From contig JBFMGU010000063.1 in the NCBI GenBank assembly GCA_040752415.1, positions 1 through 45,287 on the forward strand: a stretch of DNA of 45,287 nt, given 5' to 3'. The translations under genes were made by a program, and so were the position numbers. This stretch comes from Myxococcota bacterium (GTDB lineage: Bacteria > Myxococcota > JACRCW01). Shown in pieces: positions 10,900-21,022 of this stretch; the stretch's first letter is position 1, and every line of letters starts with the position of its first letter. The notes below the pieces were generated by a model. The model was not told where the DNA came from and searched no databases. It worked only from the letters and a program-made list of their open reading frames with translations.

Positions 10900-12180
10900 T
10901 CAGGCCGCGGGCGGCACCGGCCTGGGCAGGCATGCCTCCAACGGCAGGCGCACGCAGAAGCGGCTTCCCCGCGGCGTGTTGTCCTCGACCCAGATGCGCC
11001 CGCCGTGCGCTTCCACCGCCAGACGGCAGAACGCCAACCCCAGACCGCGACCGGGACAGACCAGCCCGCGACCATCCAGCTGGACATACTTGTCGAAGAT
11101 CCGGTCCCGCTGTTCCGGAGGCACCCCCGGTCCCTCGTCGGCAATCTCGATGACGACGGCTCCGTCCCCGTCGGGACGCGCCTGGAGGCTCACGGTCCCG
11201 AGGGCAGCGTTATGGGCGAGCGCGTTCTCGAGGATGTTCTGCAGCACGCGCCGGATGATCTCACGATCCACGCGCAACGTGATGGGGTGCTTGGGAATGG
11301 CGACGACCAGGGACTGACCGCGCGCCTCCGCGGCCAGCTGGTTGACCTGGGACACCTCCTCGAGCAGTGCAGCCAGCGGCACGTCCTCCACCATGACCTT
11401 GAAGGCGCCGTCCTCGCTGCGGGAGATGTCGAGCAGGTTCAGGGCCATGCGCGCAATGGCCTCCGAGAGGGCGTACACCCCCGCCCAGGCGCGCCGCTCG
11501 TGCTCGGGGATGTCCTGCCGGCGCAAGAACACCTGGGACCTGAGCATGAGGCCGCCGGCGGGCCCCTTGATGTCGTGGACCACCAGGCTGGAGAGCTCCT
11601 CCTTGCGCCGCCCCAGCGCCACCAGCGCGGCGTTCCGCTTCTCCAGCTCCGCCTGTGCGGCGGCAAGCTCCGCCGTGCGCTGCGCAATCCGCTGCTCCAG
11701 CTCGGTGTAGACCTCCACGTTCTCCATTGCCACCGAGGTGCAGTCGGCCAGGGCCTGGAGAAGCGCGGCCTCCTCGAGGGTCGCCCGCCGCTGACGCGCC
11801 CAGTACGTCCCAATCGCTCCAATGGGCGCGGCGCGACGGATGGGCACCATCACCAGGCTCTTGACGAACGTGGGCGAGTACGCGGACGCGGGGATGCGCT
11901 CATCCGCGAACACGTCCTCGATGATCACGGCGTTCCGGTGGTGCATGGCCCAGCCGCTGATGCAACTGGCGGCGGGAAAGCGGCGCCCCTTCCACAGCGG
12001 GCCGATGGCGTCCTCGTCCACGTAGAAGCAGACGTCCCCTTCCGGGCCGTGCTCCCGCAGCACAAACGTGGCGCCGTCGGCGCCGGTGAGGTCGCGCGCC
12101 GCCACACGGACGATGTCCACGATCCGGTCCAGGGTCCGCGCCAGCGAGAGCTGTTGCACCACGGCAACCAGGCGCTCCAT
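10900..12180 (-). CDS. Cytoplasmic GAF-domain sensor histidine kinase
   Basis: GAF (ADGATFVLRE...CISGWAM...DVFADERIP...TFVKSLVMVPI), H-box HDIKGP, N-box NILENA, G boxes DEGPGV and GRGLGL. Start may be 12243. Confidence 0.92.
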   Translation of the reverse strand: MERLVAVVQQLSLARTLDRIVDIVRVAARDLTGADGATFVLREHGPEGDVCFYVDEDAIGPLWKGRRFPAASCISGWAMHHRNAVIIEDVFADERIPASAYSPTFVKSLVMVPIRRAAPIGAIGTYWARQRRATLEEAALLQALADCTSVAMENVEVYTELEQRIAQRTAELAAAQAELEKRNAALVALGRRKEELSSLVVHDIKGPAGGLMLRSQVFLRRQDIPEHERRAWAGVYALSEAIARMALNLLDISRSEDGAFKVMVEDVPLAALLEEVSQVNQLAAEARGQSLVVAIPKHPITLRVDREIIRRVLQNILENALAHNAALGTVSLQARPDGDGAVVIEIADEGPGVPPEQRDRIFDKYVQLDGRGLVCPGRGLGLAFCRLAVEAHGGRIWVEDNTPRGSRFCVRLPLEACLPRPVPPAA

Positions 12181-12376
12181 CGGCGCGCGCCCAAGACCAG
12201 CCTCGGTGGCCCCAGCTCTTCTGTTTCCAAGGGGCCCCCCCATGGCTCGCCCGAGGGTGATACCGCCGGGCAAGCCCGACGCAAGCTGGCAATGCTTGCG
12301 CGGAAGCGCGGCCTGCGATCTTTCGCGAAGACCTCTCACGGCGGCGGAGGAGTGCGGGCGGGGCGCGCCCCCGCGG

Positions 12377-14842
12377 TCACGGGCCGTCGGACGCGCCGGG
12401 CTGCAGGAAACCCCACATGGTCACGCCCACCATCTCGCCGGGGGCCAAGCCGTCCTGGAAGGTGCACTGCGCCAGGGTCCCTTCACCGACGTAGGCCCCG
12501 AAGTGTGGACGGTAGAGGCAGGCCTCGTTGCTCTCGCACAGGCCGTTGTCATTGCCCTGCCCGTCGGAGAGCAACTCGGCGGCGTTGGCCAGGAAGCGGC
12601 GCGGCGGCGTGTCCAGGTCGGTCAGCACCTGCGCGCCGTGGACCGCCGGGGGACAGCTCTGGCCGGGGAGGAAGGGACCGTTGTCGACGCGCCCGTTGCC
12701 GCTGCGGTTGAAGATGGTGTTGGCCCCGGCGCGGATGCGCCAGTCCCGGATGACGCCAGGGCCGGAGCTCCACAGCCCGCGGGAGGTCTCGGCGCCCCAG
12801 GCCCGCCACCGGTTGGCAAAGCGGACCCAGTCCACGTCGGTGGGAGCGGAGGCGGTTCCGGCCACGTCGGAGGGATTGGCGGGCTCATCCGCGCCCAGCG
12901 GCCCCACCAGGCTGGCCAGCGCGCTCACCGGCGTCACCAGCTCCGCGTCGCTGAGCACGCCGGGGGGATAGTCGCGGGAGCCGTCGGTGCCCGAGAGGGT
13001 GCAGGTGGGATCCACCAGGCCGGGGTTGCTGGCGGTCCCGGTCACGTCGCACGGGATGTTCACCAGCAGCAGGCCGGTGAAGCGGTTGCCCGGCGCGTCC
13101 TGCACACTGGCGGCGTGCGTGGCGTCGGACGAGGCCAGCTGCGCCACGGTGTTGCCGCCCGACTCCAGGACCAGGTTGGAGGAGTTCTGCACGATGAGAC
13201 CGTGCAGCAGCACGTTGTCGGGACCGGTGGCCTTGACGGTGTAGAGGTTGAGCCCCGCGGTGAAGCCCACGACGACGTTGTGGCTCCCGCCCAGCAGCAT
13301 GGCGTTGCTCCCGTTGTTCACCAGGAGGACACCCGTCACCACCGTGTCATTGCCGCTCACCTGGATGCCGGTGGCGGCGTTGTTGGCAACCACCAGGTCC
13401 GCCACCACATTGCCGTGGCTGGTCGAGCGGAGCCAGACGCCCTGCGCGCCGTTGTGCACCGCGGTGATCCCTCGCAGCACGTTGGCCCCCGCGTCCTCGA
13501 GGTCCAGGCCGGAGGAGGTGTTCTCGGCCGCCAGGATCTCCTCGAAGGTGTTGAAGGAAGCGGGTACGTCGGCATCCACGCCGTCGTCGCCGTTGCGGAG
13601 GACCGCCACCTGGTCCACGAGGTTGCCCCAGCTCTCCCCGGCGAGCTGCAGTCCGTTGCGTCCCCCGTCGTGCAACACGCTGGCGTGCACGCGGCTGAAC
13701 GCAGTGTCCATGAGACGAACGGCATTGCCGAGCAGCCCCCCGCTGATGTCTCCCTCCACCCAGGAGAAGGCCACCCCGTCCGTCGTCACCGCGCAGGGGA
13801 GGGGCGTGGCGCCGGGCGTGGTGGTGGGACACTCCGGCGCACCGTCCGCCACGCGCAGGGAGGCCACCGGCAGCACCACCACCGCGCTCCCGCTGCCGCG
13901 CACGTGGAGCACCGGGGTCTCGCGCGGCACGCTGACGACGAAGATCGTGTCGGGGTCGGCCAGGGTCTCCGGCGCGTCGGCGCTGGGTCCCAGGTCCACC
14001 ACCGCGTTGCTCCACCACTGCGCGGGCTCGCTCTCCGCTTCCCGCGCGCCCTCGAGCAGCACGCGGTTGGGGAGGAACCCCGCGCCGGTGACCAGGTCCT
14101 TGAGCCCGCGTCCGGGCTGGAATCCCGTCGAGCGGAACACCGCCTCACCCCGGTCCACCGTGCATTCCCAGCGGAACACTCCCAGCTCGTCGCGCAGTGT
14201 GAGCCCGTCACAGCTCTCCGTCGCCACCGCCGCGGTGCGCATCATTCCGGCGTGGATGCAGGCGGAGTGGGGTGCCGGCAGGTCCACCACGCAGGCCGCG
14301 CCGCTGGCCTCCCACGGTGTGGGTCCGTCGTTGGCAACGTGGGCGCCCCACTGCGTGCCCGCGCCGGGATACGCCGGGGTGACCACCAGCGTCAGGGGAG
14401 CGCCTGAAGAGCTGCTGGCGGAGGAGCTGCTCGAGGAGCCCGTGGTGGTCGCGCCCGTCGACGAGGAGCCGGTGGCGCTGGAGGAGGTGGCGCTGGCGGA
14501 GCTGCTGGACGTGGCGGCGGAGGAGGAGCTGGTGCCGGCGCTGCTCGTGGTCGAGGTGGCCGCGCTGCTGCCCGACGAGGCGGTGGCGGAGCTGGTGGAA
14601 GCGTTGGATGCCGAAGAGCTGGCCGCACCGCCGGAGGAGCTGTCGCGACCACCCGAGGACGAGGATCCGGGCCGGGTTCCGTCGTGGCACAGGCCGTCCT
14701 CACAGACCTGCTGGCTGGGGCAATCCCCGTCGCCATTGCAGGTGGCGTAGCAGTCCGTGCCACGACGCACCTGGCCGCCGCCGCACTCCACGGTGCAGGC
14801 GATCAAGCGACTTGTCAGGGCCACCAGCCCCAGGCAGGCCAT
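12377..14842 (-). CDS. Lipoprotein with Cys-rich module, Ser/Thr-rich linker and right-handed parallel beta-helix
   Basis: Lipobox-like LIAC, Cys-rich repeat, poly-Ser linker, repeated N-G-x-l-x-N beta-helix coils, C-terminal GNDNGLCESNE.C...FGAY.G.G. Start uncertain (14842 or 14854). Confidence 0.82.
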   Translation of the reverse strand: MACLGLVALTSRLIACTVECGGGQVRRGTDCYATCNGDGDCPSQQVCEDGLCHDGTRPGSSSSGGRDSSSGGAASSSASNASTSSATASSGSSAATSTTSSAGTSSSSAATSSSSASATSSSATGSSSTGATTTGSSSSSSASSSSGAPLTLVVTPAYPGAGTQWGAHVANDGPTPWEASGAACVVDLPAPHSACIHAGMMRTAAVATESCDGLTLRDELGVFRWECTVDRGEAVFRSTGFQPGRGLKDLVTGAGFLPNRVLLEGAREAESEPAQWWSNAVVDLGPSADAPETLADPDTIFVVSVPRETPVLHVRGSGSAVVVLPVASLRVADGAPECPTTTPGATPLPCAVTTDGVAFSWVEGDISGGLLGNAVRLMDTAFSRVHASVLHDGGRNGLQLAGESWGNLVDQVAVLRNGDDGVDADVPASFNTFEEILAAENTSSGLDLEDAGANVLRGITAVHNGAQGVWLRSTSHGNVVADLVVANNAATGIQVSGNDTVVTGVLLVNNGSNAMLLGGSHNVVVGFTAGLNLYTVKATGPDNVLLHGLIVQNSSNLVLESGGNTVAQLASSDATHAASVQDAPGNRFTGLLLVNIPCDVTGTASNPGLVDPTCTLSGTDGSRDYPPGVLSDAELVTPVSALASLVGPLGADEPANPSDVAGTASAPTDVDWVRFANRWRAWGAETSRGLWSSGPGVIRDWRIRAGANTIFNRSGNGRVDNGPFLPGQSCPPAVHGAQVLTDLDTPPRRFLANAAELLSDGQGNDNGLCESNEACLYRPHFGAYVGEGTLAQCTFQDGLAPGEMVGVTMWGFLQPGASDGP

Positions 14843-14954
14843 CACGGTGCGCACGGACGATTCCAGTATCACGCGCGACGTGTGGGTTGGGATGCGCTCT
14901 TGCGCAACAACCGGCGTTTCCCCCGCGCCAGGAGACCGGGCGGCCGGGTGTCGT

Positions 14955-15193
14955 CGACGCTCTTGGCTCCCGCCAATGAGATTGGCAGGCATCAGAAGCG
15001 GTCACGTCCTGCTCATCTCAGGGCGGCGAGGCGCATCTCGCAGGACTGACTGGGGTTGGGCCCCGTTGGCCTCGAGGACCGTGCACCCCGTTCCAAGGTC
15101 AGTCCTGCGACACGACCAACCCGGCCCAGCGGTGAGCAGGACATACCCTTTTCTGCTGCCTGCCAATCTCATTGGCGGGAGCCAAGGGCGTCG
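14955..15193. repeat. 239 bp imperfect palindrome (REPIN/MITE-like) with nested REP-like hairpins
   Basis: Terminal arms 41/43 identical in inverted orientation. Inner blocks GTCCTGCTCA and TCGCAGGACTGAC (15038-15050 / 15098-15110) are also mirrored. Centre is CCTCGAGG (15070-15077). Each arm contains GCCAAT-GAG-ATTGGC. Confidence 0.9.
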
Positions 15194-15227
15194 TTTCAAA
15201 AGGCCCACGAAAGCGGAGGATGGGCGT

Positions 15228-18200
15228 CTACCGACGACGAGCACGCGCGCGGCGCAGCATCACCATCACGCCCAGCAGCACCACCATGCCGCGGAAGCCG
15301 CCGTCATCCGTGGTGGAGCAGGTGCACCCCTGGGTGTCGACGTCGTCGGGGAGCGGCGTCACCGTCACGCTCACCTCGTCGGTCCCGGACGTGGTGCCGT
15401 CGCTGACGGAGAGCTGGAAGGTGAGGGTGGTGTCCGCGTCCACGTCGGGAGCCGTGAAGCTGGGGGCCACGCCGCTCGGGTCGGACAGGCCCACCGCCGG
15501 CCCCGCGGTCTGGGTCCAGGTGTACATGAGCGGCAGGTTGGCCGAGCTGCGGCTGTGCGAAGCATCCAGCACCACCTTCTCCTCCGCCCTGGCGGCCTGG
15601 TCCTTGCCAGCATCCGCGGTGACCACGGGGACCACCGCCGCGGCCACCACCACCTGCACGTCGTCGGTGGCGGTGCGGATTCCGTCGCTGACCTGCAGGC
15701 GGAAGACCAGCTGCGTCTCCTGCGACATGGCCGGCGCCGTGAAGAGGGTCACCGCGCTGTTGGTGCTGCTCAGCGTGACGTCGGGACCGCTGGTCTGGGT
15801 CCACGCGAACGTGAGCGCGCGGCCGGATGAGCCCTGGCTGGCCGACCCGTCGAGGACCACGGTGGCATCCGCGTTGACCGTCTGGTCCGTCCCGGCGCTG
15901 GCGGACAACGTGGAGCCACGCACCAGGATGTCCACCGTGTCCGTGGCGTCGTCGGTGCCGTCGGAGACGGTCAGCTGGAAGCTCAACGTGGTGTCAGCAT
16001 CCACCGACGGCGCGGAGAAGGACGCCACCGCCGCCGTGCTGTCGCTGATGCCGACCGTGGGACCCGCGGTCTGCGTCCAGGAGAACGTCAGCGGCAGGCC
16101 CGTGGAGCTGCGGCTGGGTGAGCCGTCGAGTGTCACCGTCATGCCGGGCTCGACGGAGGAATCCGCGCCGGCGCGCGCGGTGAGCGTGTAGGCGCGCACC
16201 AGGACGTCGGCCGTGTCGCCGGTCTCGCGTTGTCCGTCGGAAACGGTGAGCTGGAAGGTCAGCGTGGTAGCGGCAGCCACGCGTGGAGCCACCACCGTGG
16301 CCACGGCCGCGTCGTCGTTGCGGATGGTCACCGGCGGCCCGGCCGTCTGGGTCCACGTGAACGTCAGCGGCAGGTTGGTGGAGCTGGCGCTCCCCGAGCC
16401 GTCCAGCGTGATGAGCGCGCCCGCGTCCGCAACCCCATCCGTCCCGGCGGAAGCGCTGAGCGCGTAGCCCCGGACCACCACCTCCACCGTCGTGGTGGCG
16501 CGGTGCGCGCCGTCGGAGACCTCGAGCTGGAAGGTCAACGTGGCGTCGGTCTCCGGGAACGGCGCGCTGAAGCTGGCCACCGCACCCGAGGCGTTGGTGA
16601 GCGTCACGCCGGGCCCACCCGTCTGGGTCCAACTGAAGGAGAGCGGCGTGGCACCGGTGGTGGTGCTGTCGGACCCGTCCAGGAACACCCACGCGCCCGC
16701 CAACACGGTCTGGTTGCCACCACCTCTCGCCACGAGCACCGGCGGAGACACCGCGGCCACCGTGACCGTCACGGAGTCGGTGGCCTGCTCCGTCCCGTCG
16801 TCGACCGTCAGCTCCAGGGTCAGGACCGATTCCTCCTCCAGGACGGGCGCCACCAGCGCCACCTGTGCGCGGTCCGCGTTCACCAGGCTGACCGGGGGCC
16901 CCGCGGTCTGCACCCAGGAGAACGTGAGCGGCAATCCCTCCGCGCTGACACTCCCCGACCCATCCAGCACCACCAACGCCCCGGGCTCCGCCACGACGTC
17001 AGGACCCGCGTCGGCAAGGAGCGGGACCGGACAGGCGCCGGCGTCCTCCACCACGGCAAGGAACGGCGCGTTGGTGATGCCCTGGAAGGACAGGTTGTCG
17101 ATTTCCCAGCCGTAGGCACCGGTAGCCAGGTCGGTGCCCACGCGGAAGCGGATGCGCACCGACTGCCCGCCCAGCGCCGTCCCGAAGTCCAGGGTGAGAC
17201 GGTCACGCGCCGGCCACGACGTGTTGTTCCCGGAGAACGCGTTGCGCAGCGCCAACGGGTTGCTACTGGTGTCGGTCAGCGCGCCCACGTAGCCGGGGTC
17301 CACGTACATGGAGACATCCGTCCACGCTCCTCCGTCGACGGAGATCTCCAGCACGCCGCCGTCCCAGAACGTGCTCTCGTCGGCCTCGAAGCTGAAGCGG
17401 TGATCGAACGCCACCACGAACGGCTCGGTGGTGCTGACCTGCAGCGCCGGCGACTCGAGCGCGGTGTCGCTCACGCCCGGCTGGTCCAATCCCACCCACG
17501 CGTGATCCAGCGCGGTCACCTCCGTGCGCGACCAGAGGCCCTCCGCCGAGGTGCCGGTGCGGGTCCACGGCGTCGTCGCCGCCTCCACGTCGTCGTCGGT
17601 GGCGCCGCCCGTCTCGTCGTGGTTGATGCGCCACTGCAGCGCCTGGCTCACCGTGCTGGTGCACGCGCCGGGAGCATCCAGCTGCAGCGCCAGGTCCAGG
17701 GTCTGCACGCCGGTCAAGGACGCATCCGCGGCAATCTCCACGCGGACCTGCCGTGACGTGTAGGGCGCCAGCTCCTCCAGGAGCACCTGCTCGCCCGACG
17801 GGAAGGTGATGCCCGCGGTGGTGGTGCCAAGCGTGAGGCTGGCGCCGCTTGCCGCTGACGGTCCCACGTTGGAGATGTCCACCACCACCTCGCCCCGCTC
17901 GTCGCCGTCCAGCGCGCCGTCGTCGTCGCAGCTGCGCAGGTTCTCCACCAGCTCCACCGCGCGCACCACCAGCTGCGGCGCCACGGTGTACCCCTCCACC
18001 ACGCCCGCGTTGTCCACCGAGTCCCGGGGCGGGGACACCGCGCAGGTTCCCGCGCCACGACCCGCGAACGCCTGCGCCATGAGCTGCAGGTCGGTGGCAC
18101 TGACCGCGGCCGCGGCGGCCAGGACCGCGTCGCGGGCCTCGGTGAAGGTGGCGTTGCGCGGGGCAAGCTGCATGCCCGCCACCACGTAGTCCGACATTCG

Positions 18201-20495
18201 TCGACGAACCTCGTTGAACGTGGGCCCGCCGGGACCCACCTGCTGCAGCAACGCCACGTAGGCGTCGAACATCATGGAGGCCCAGATCTCCCCGCTGTTG
18301 TGCATCTCCGAGTTGGGCGCGAGGAGCTGGTTGACGGGATGCGCTCCAGGCAGTGCCTCAGCGTCGGAGATGTGGCGGAAGCGCAACGCGTTCACGGCGG
18401 GATGGGTGCTGTAGGGCACGCGACGGATTCCGAAGTAGGTCGCGTTGGCCCCCGCCCGCCCGGCGTAGGCCGACTGCGTGTAGGCGCCGGCGAGGTTGTC
18501 TCCCTCCCGCACCGTCATCAGCAGCGCCACGAAGTCACCCCAGCCCTCCGAGATGCTCAAGCACTGCGGTGCGCCGCAATCCGAGAGCCGGTGGTGCAGG
18601 AAGTGACCGTACTCGTGCGCCAGCAACGTGTTGTCCAGCGCGCCGTCGATCTCCGGCGCCGTGAAGCGGTACAGGCGTGCCGTCAAAGCGCCCTGCTGCA
18701 GCGCGGCCACCAGGGCGTTGCCGTCGTTCTGCGTGCAGGAAAGCACCGGGATGGAGATGGTCTGGTCCGTGCCGCCCAGCGCGGGAGCCGGGCCCGGCAG
18801 GACGTTCGCCACGATCATGCCCACCGCGCCCGCGGCCTGGACGTTCTGCGCCTTGAGGGTGAAGTTGCACCCGCCCCGGAACACCAGGGCAATGCGACCC
18901 GCCAGGTTGTTCACCGGGGGAGAACAGGCGTCGGTGACGTCCGCGACGCCGTCATCCACCAGGACCAGGTCGCCCGTCAGGTCAAAGTTCGCGGGGCCAA
19001 AATCCGCCAAGCCCGACTCGAGCTCCGGGAACCCGCTCACCGTGAGGCTATGCGTGGAACCCCCGCTCCAGACGAACACCTGCAGGCGTGGGGACATCCC
19101 GTCGGAGGGCGTGGACATGTTGGCGTTGTCGCGGCTGCCCGTGAGGTAGGAGTCCTGGGCCTCGGCGCGCAGCGGGTCGCCGCCGGCGCCGCCACGACCG
19201 AAGTTGTCGCGCTGGGCATTTCCGGCCGCCTCGTCAAAGCCTGAGTCGTACCACCAGTCGTGCAGCCAGTTGGTCACGTAGAACAGCGCCGTGACCGCCG
19301 CCATGGTCTGCGTCTCGCTGGAGGCGGGTTCCGCGTTGAAGTCATAGCTGCGGTCAAACATGCGCGCCGACGTGACGGTCGCGCGGAAGTCGGCGTTGGA
19401 GTAGCCGTCGGGTGCGTTGACGTCGGAATACGCGTCCACGTTGTTGCCCGAGGTCTCCTGCGCGTTGGCGGTCAGCCAGGGATCCGGCGTGCCCAAGGGC
19501 CCGGCGTTGAGTCCTTCCACCGTGATCAGCGTCGCGGGGACCAGCGGCGCGCTCGTCCCGTCGGGGCTGCCGCTGGGATGCGGCGTGAAGTCCGCGGTGG
19601 GGCCATCCATGGGGCGCAGGTCATCCCCGGGCTCGGCCCAGACGCGGTAGGTGAACGCGTCGGACGCGGTCAGGTTGCGACGCTCCAGCACGCTCCCGTC
19701 GCGGGCCGAGAGGATGTAGCGGAACGCCTGGGAGTCCGTGCTCTCCGCGCGCGTGGCATAGAACTCGATGAAGTAGGCCGCCTCCAGCTCCTCGTCGTTG
19801 GCGTAGAGGATGCGCTTGACGCGCGCGGGCTCGGGGAGCTGCACGTTGGTGCGCGCCTTGAGACGGAAGCGACGGTCATTGCCCGTGGCCGCACCCTCCG
19901 CCACCACGTCGGACGCGGCCAGCGGTACCTGGAGCTGCGTCGCCAGCGCCCGTGCCAGCGCTTCGCTGTCGTCGATGTGGAACACCGGGACGTTGGGCCC
20001 CGCGGGCAGGGCACGCAGGTTCCCGGAGATGGCCACGAGGTCCAGGTTGGCGCGCATCAGCACCGTGACGCGGCTGGGATACACCTCCACGCCGGCCAGA
20101 CGCTGCTCCCAGCGCGCCAGCACGCCGCGGTTGCCCACGGTGCGGACAAAAGCCAGCTCCGCCGTCTTGAGGTCCTGTTCCCGCAGGCCGTGTGCGCGGG
20201 CAAAGCGCAGCAGGTGGTGCGTGGCGGCTTCACCAGGGGTGGCACCCCGCGGCGCAGATTGGGTGCCCACGGCCCAGATGAACTGCGGGACACCGCGCCG
20301 GTCCTCCGACGTGACGTGGCCCCCCTGGGCCGCCGCCACCTCACGCAGGGTCCGGCGGCGGGAGGGCGGGGAGCGGGAAGTGGCAGAGGATTCTCCCGAC
20401 GTTGTTTCCTTCTTCGACGAGAGATCCCCCTGGCAGGACAGGGCTCCCAGGAACAGCATGACAAACCATCCCACCACGCGACGCGACGACCGCAT
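15228..20495 (-). CDS. M36 (fungalysin) family metallopeptidase with FTP propeptide, PA domain, six PKD/REJ-like repeats and MYXO-CTERM-like anchor
   Basis: HEYGH zinc motif plus EGWGD; NANMSTPSDG.SPR; PA domain (IALVFRGGCNFTLKAQNVQAAGA); six 'AG.D..V......LDGS.S...WTQT.GP' repeats; C-terminal GCTC + hydrophobic helix + RRARARRR. Confidence 0.93.
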   Translation of the reverse strand: MRSSRRVVGWFVMLFLGALSCQGDLSSKKETTSGESSATSRSPPSRRRTLREVAAAQGGHVTSEDRRGVPQFIWAVGTQSAPRGATPGEAATHHLLRFARAHGLREQDLKTAELAFVRTVGNRGVLARWEQRLAGVEVYPSRVTVLMRANLDLVAISGNLRALPAGPNVPVFHIDDSEALARALATQLQVPLAASDVVAEGAATGNDRRFRLKARTNVQLPEPARVKRILYANDEELEAAYFIEFYATRAESTDSQAFRYILSARDGSVLERRNLTASDAFTYRVWAEPGDDLRPMDGPTADFTPHPSGSPDGTSAPLVPATLITVEGLNAGPLGTPDPWLTANAQETSGNNVDAYSDVNAPDGYSNADFRATVTSARMFDRSYDFNAEPASSETQTMAAVTALFYVTNWLHDWWYDSGFDEAAGNAQRDNFGRGGAGGDPLRAEAQDSYLTGSRDNANMSTPSDGMSPRLQVFVWSGGSTHSLTVSGFPELESGLADFGPANFDLTGDLVLVDDGVADVTDACSPPVNNLAGRIALVFRGGCNFTLKAQNVQAAGAVGMIVANVLPGPAPALGGTDQTISIPVLSCTQNDGNALVAALQQGALTARLYRFTAPEIDGALDNTLLAHEYGHFLHHRLSDCGAPQCLSISEGWGDFVALLMTVREGDNLAGAYTQSAYAGRAGANATYFGIRRVPYSTHPAVNALRFRHISDAEALPGAHPVNQLLAPNSEMHNSGEIWASMMFDAYVALLQQVGPGGPTFNEVRRRMSDYVVAGMQLAPRNATFTEARDAVLAAAAAVSATDLQLMAQAFAGRGAGTCAVSPPRDSVDNAGVVEGYTVAPQLVVRAVELVENLRSCDDDGALDGDERGEVVVDISNVGPSAASGASLTLGTTTAGITFPSGEQVLLEELAPYTSRQVRVEIAADASLTGVQTLDLALQLDAPGACTSTVSQALQWRINHDETGGATDDDVEAATTPWTRTGTSAEGLWSRTEVTALDHAWVGLDQPGVSDTALESPALQVSTTEPFVVAFDHRFSFEADESTFWDGGVLEISVDGGAWTDVSMYVDPGYVGALTDTSSNPLALRNAFSGNNTSWPARDRLTLDFGTALGGQSVRIRFRVGTDLATGAYGWEIDNLSFQGITNAPFLAVVEDAGACPVPLLADAGPDVVAEPGALVVLDGSGSVSAEGLPLTFSWVQTAGPPVSLVNADRAQVALVAPVLEEESVLTLELTVDDGTEQATDSVTVTVAAVSPPVLVARGGGNQTVLAGAWVFLDGSDSTTTGATPLSFSWTQTGGPGVTLTNASGAVASFSAPFPETDATLTFQLEVSDGAHRATTTVEVVVRGYALSASAGTDGVADAGALITLDGSGSASSTNLPLTFTWTQTAGPPVTIRNDDAAVATVVAPRVAAATTLTFQLTVSDGQRETGDTADVLVRAYTLTARAGADSSVEPGMTVTLDGSPSRSSTGLPLTFSWTQTAGPTVGISDSTAAVASFSAPSVDADTTLSFQLTVSDGTDDATDTVDILVRGSTLSASAGTDQTVNADATVVLDGSASQGSSGRALTFAWTQTSGPDVTLSSTNSAVTLFTAPAMSQETQLVFRLQVSDGIRTATDDVQVVVAAAVVPVVTADAGKDQAARAEEKVVLDASHSRSSANLPLMYTWTQTAGPAVGLSDPSGVAPSFTAPDVDADTTLTFQLSVSDGTTSGTDEVSVTVTPLPDDVDTQGCTCSTTDDGGFRGMVVLLGVMVMLRRARARRR

Positions 20496-20665
20496 GAGGC
20501 GACTCCTTCGTGCAGCTTCGATCTGCGTCCGCACCCTAAACCGCGAGAGTCGCCAGTGTCTCCATTGATGTCGTCCTGCTCGTCGGCTGACACCCAACAG
20601 GGCGCCCACACCAACGCGACACAAGGCTGGGAATGGCCCGCGGGTCGCCCCGGCCACGCGCCTGC

Positions 20666-21022
20666 TCAGCGCAGGTAACCTTGGACCTTGGCCAACAACT
20701 CGCCGATGTTGAACGGCTTACCGAGCCACCCCTCGGCGCCTATCTCCTCGGCGCGTCTCCGGGCGTCATCGGCCGCGGTGACCACCACGATCGGCGCCAG
20801 ATGATCAAAACGCTCCCGGAACGCTTGAGTGAACTCGGCGCCGCCCATCACCGGCATCTTCATGTCCAGCAGGATGAGCGCAGGCATGCTGCGGGTCACG
20901 GCCGCCAACGCCTCCTGGCCGTTCGTCGCCGCGACGACCTGGTACCCGGCCTCCCCCAGGATCATGGTCATCAGGTCGTTGAGGTCGGGATCATCATCGA
21001 CGACCAGCAGCGCCCTTCCCAC
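20666..21022 (-). CDS. Single-domain response regulator (CheY-like receiver)
   Basis: LLVVDDD, phospho-acceptor in LLDMKMP, TA, GKPF; GTG start at 21022 after GGAG, overlapping the kinase stop. Confidence 0.93.
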   Translation of the reverse strand: MGRALLVVDDDPDLNDLMTMILGEAGYQVVAATNGQEALAAVTRSMPALILLDMKMPVMGGAEFTQAFRERFDHLAPIVVVTAADDARRRAEEIGAEGWLGKPFNIGELLAKVQGYLR

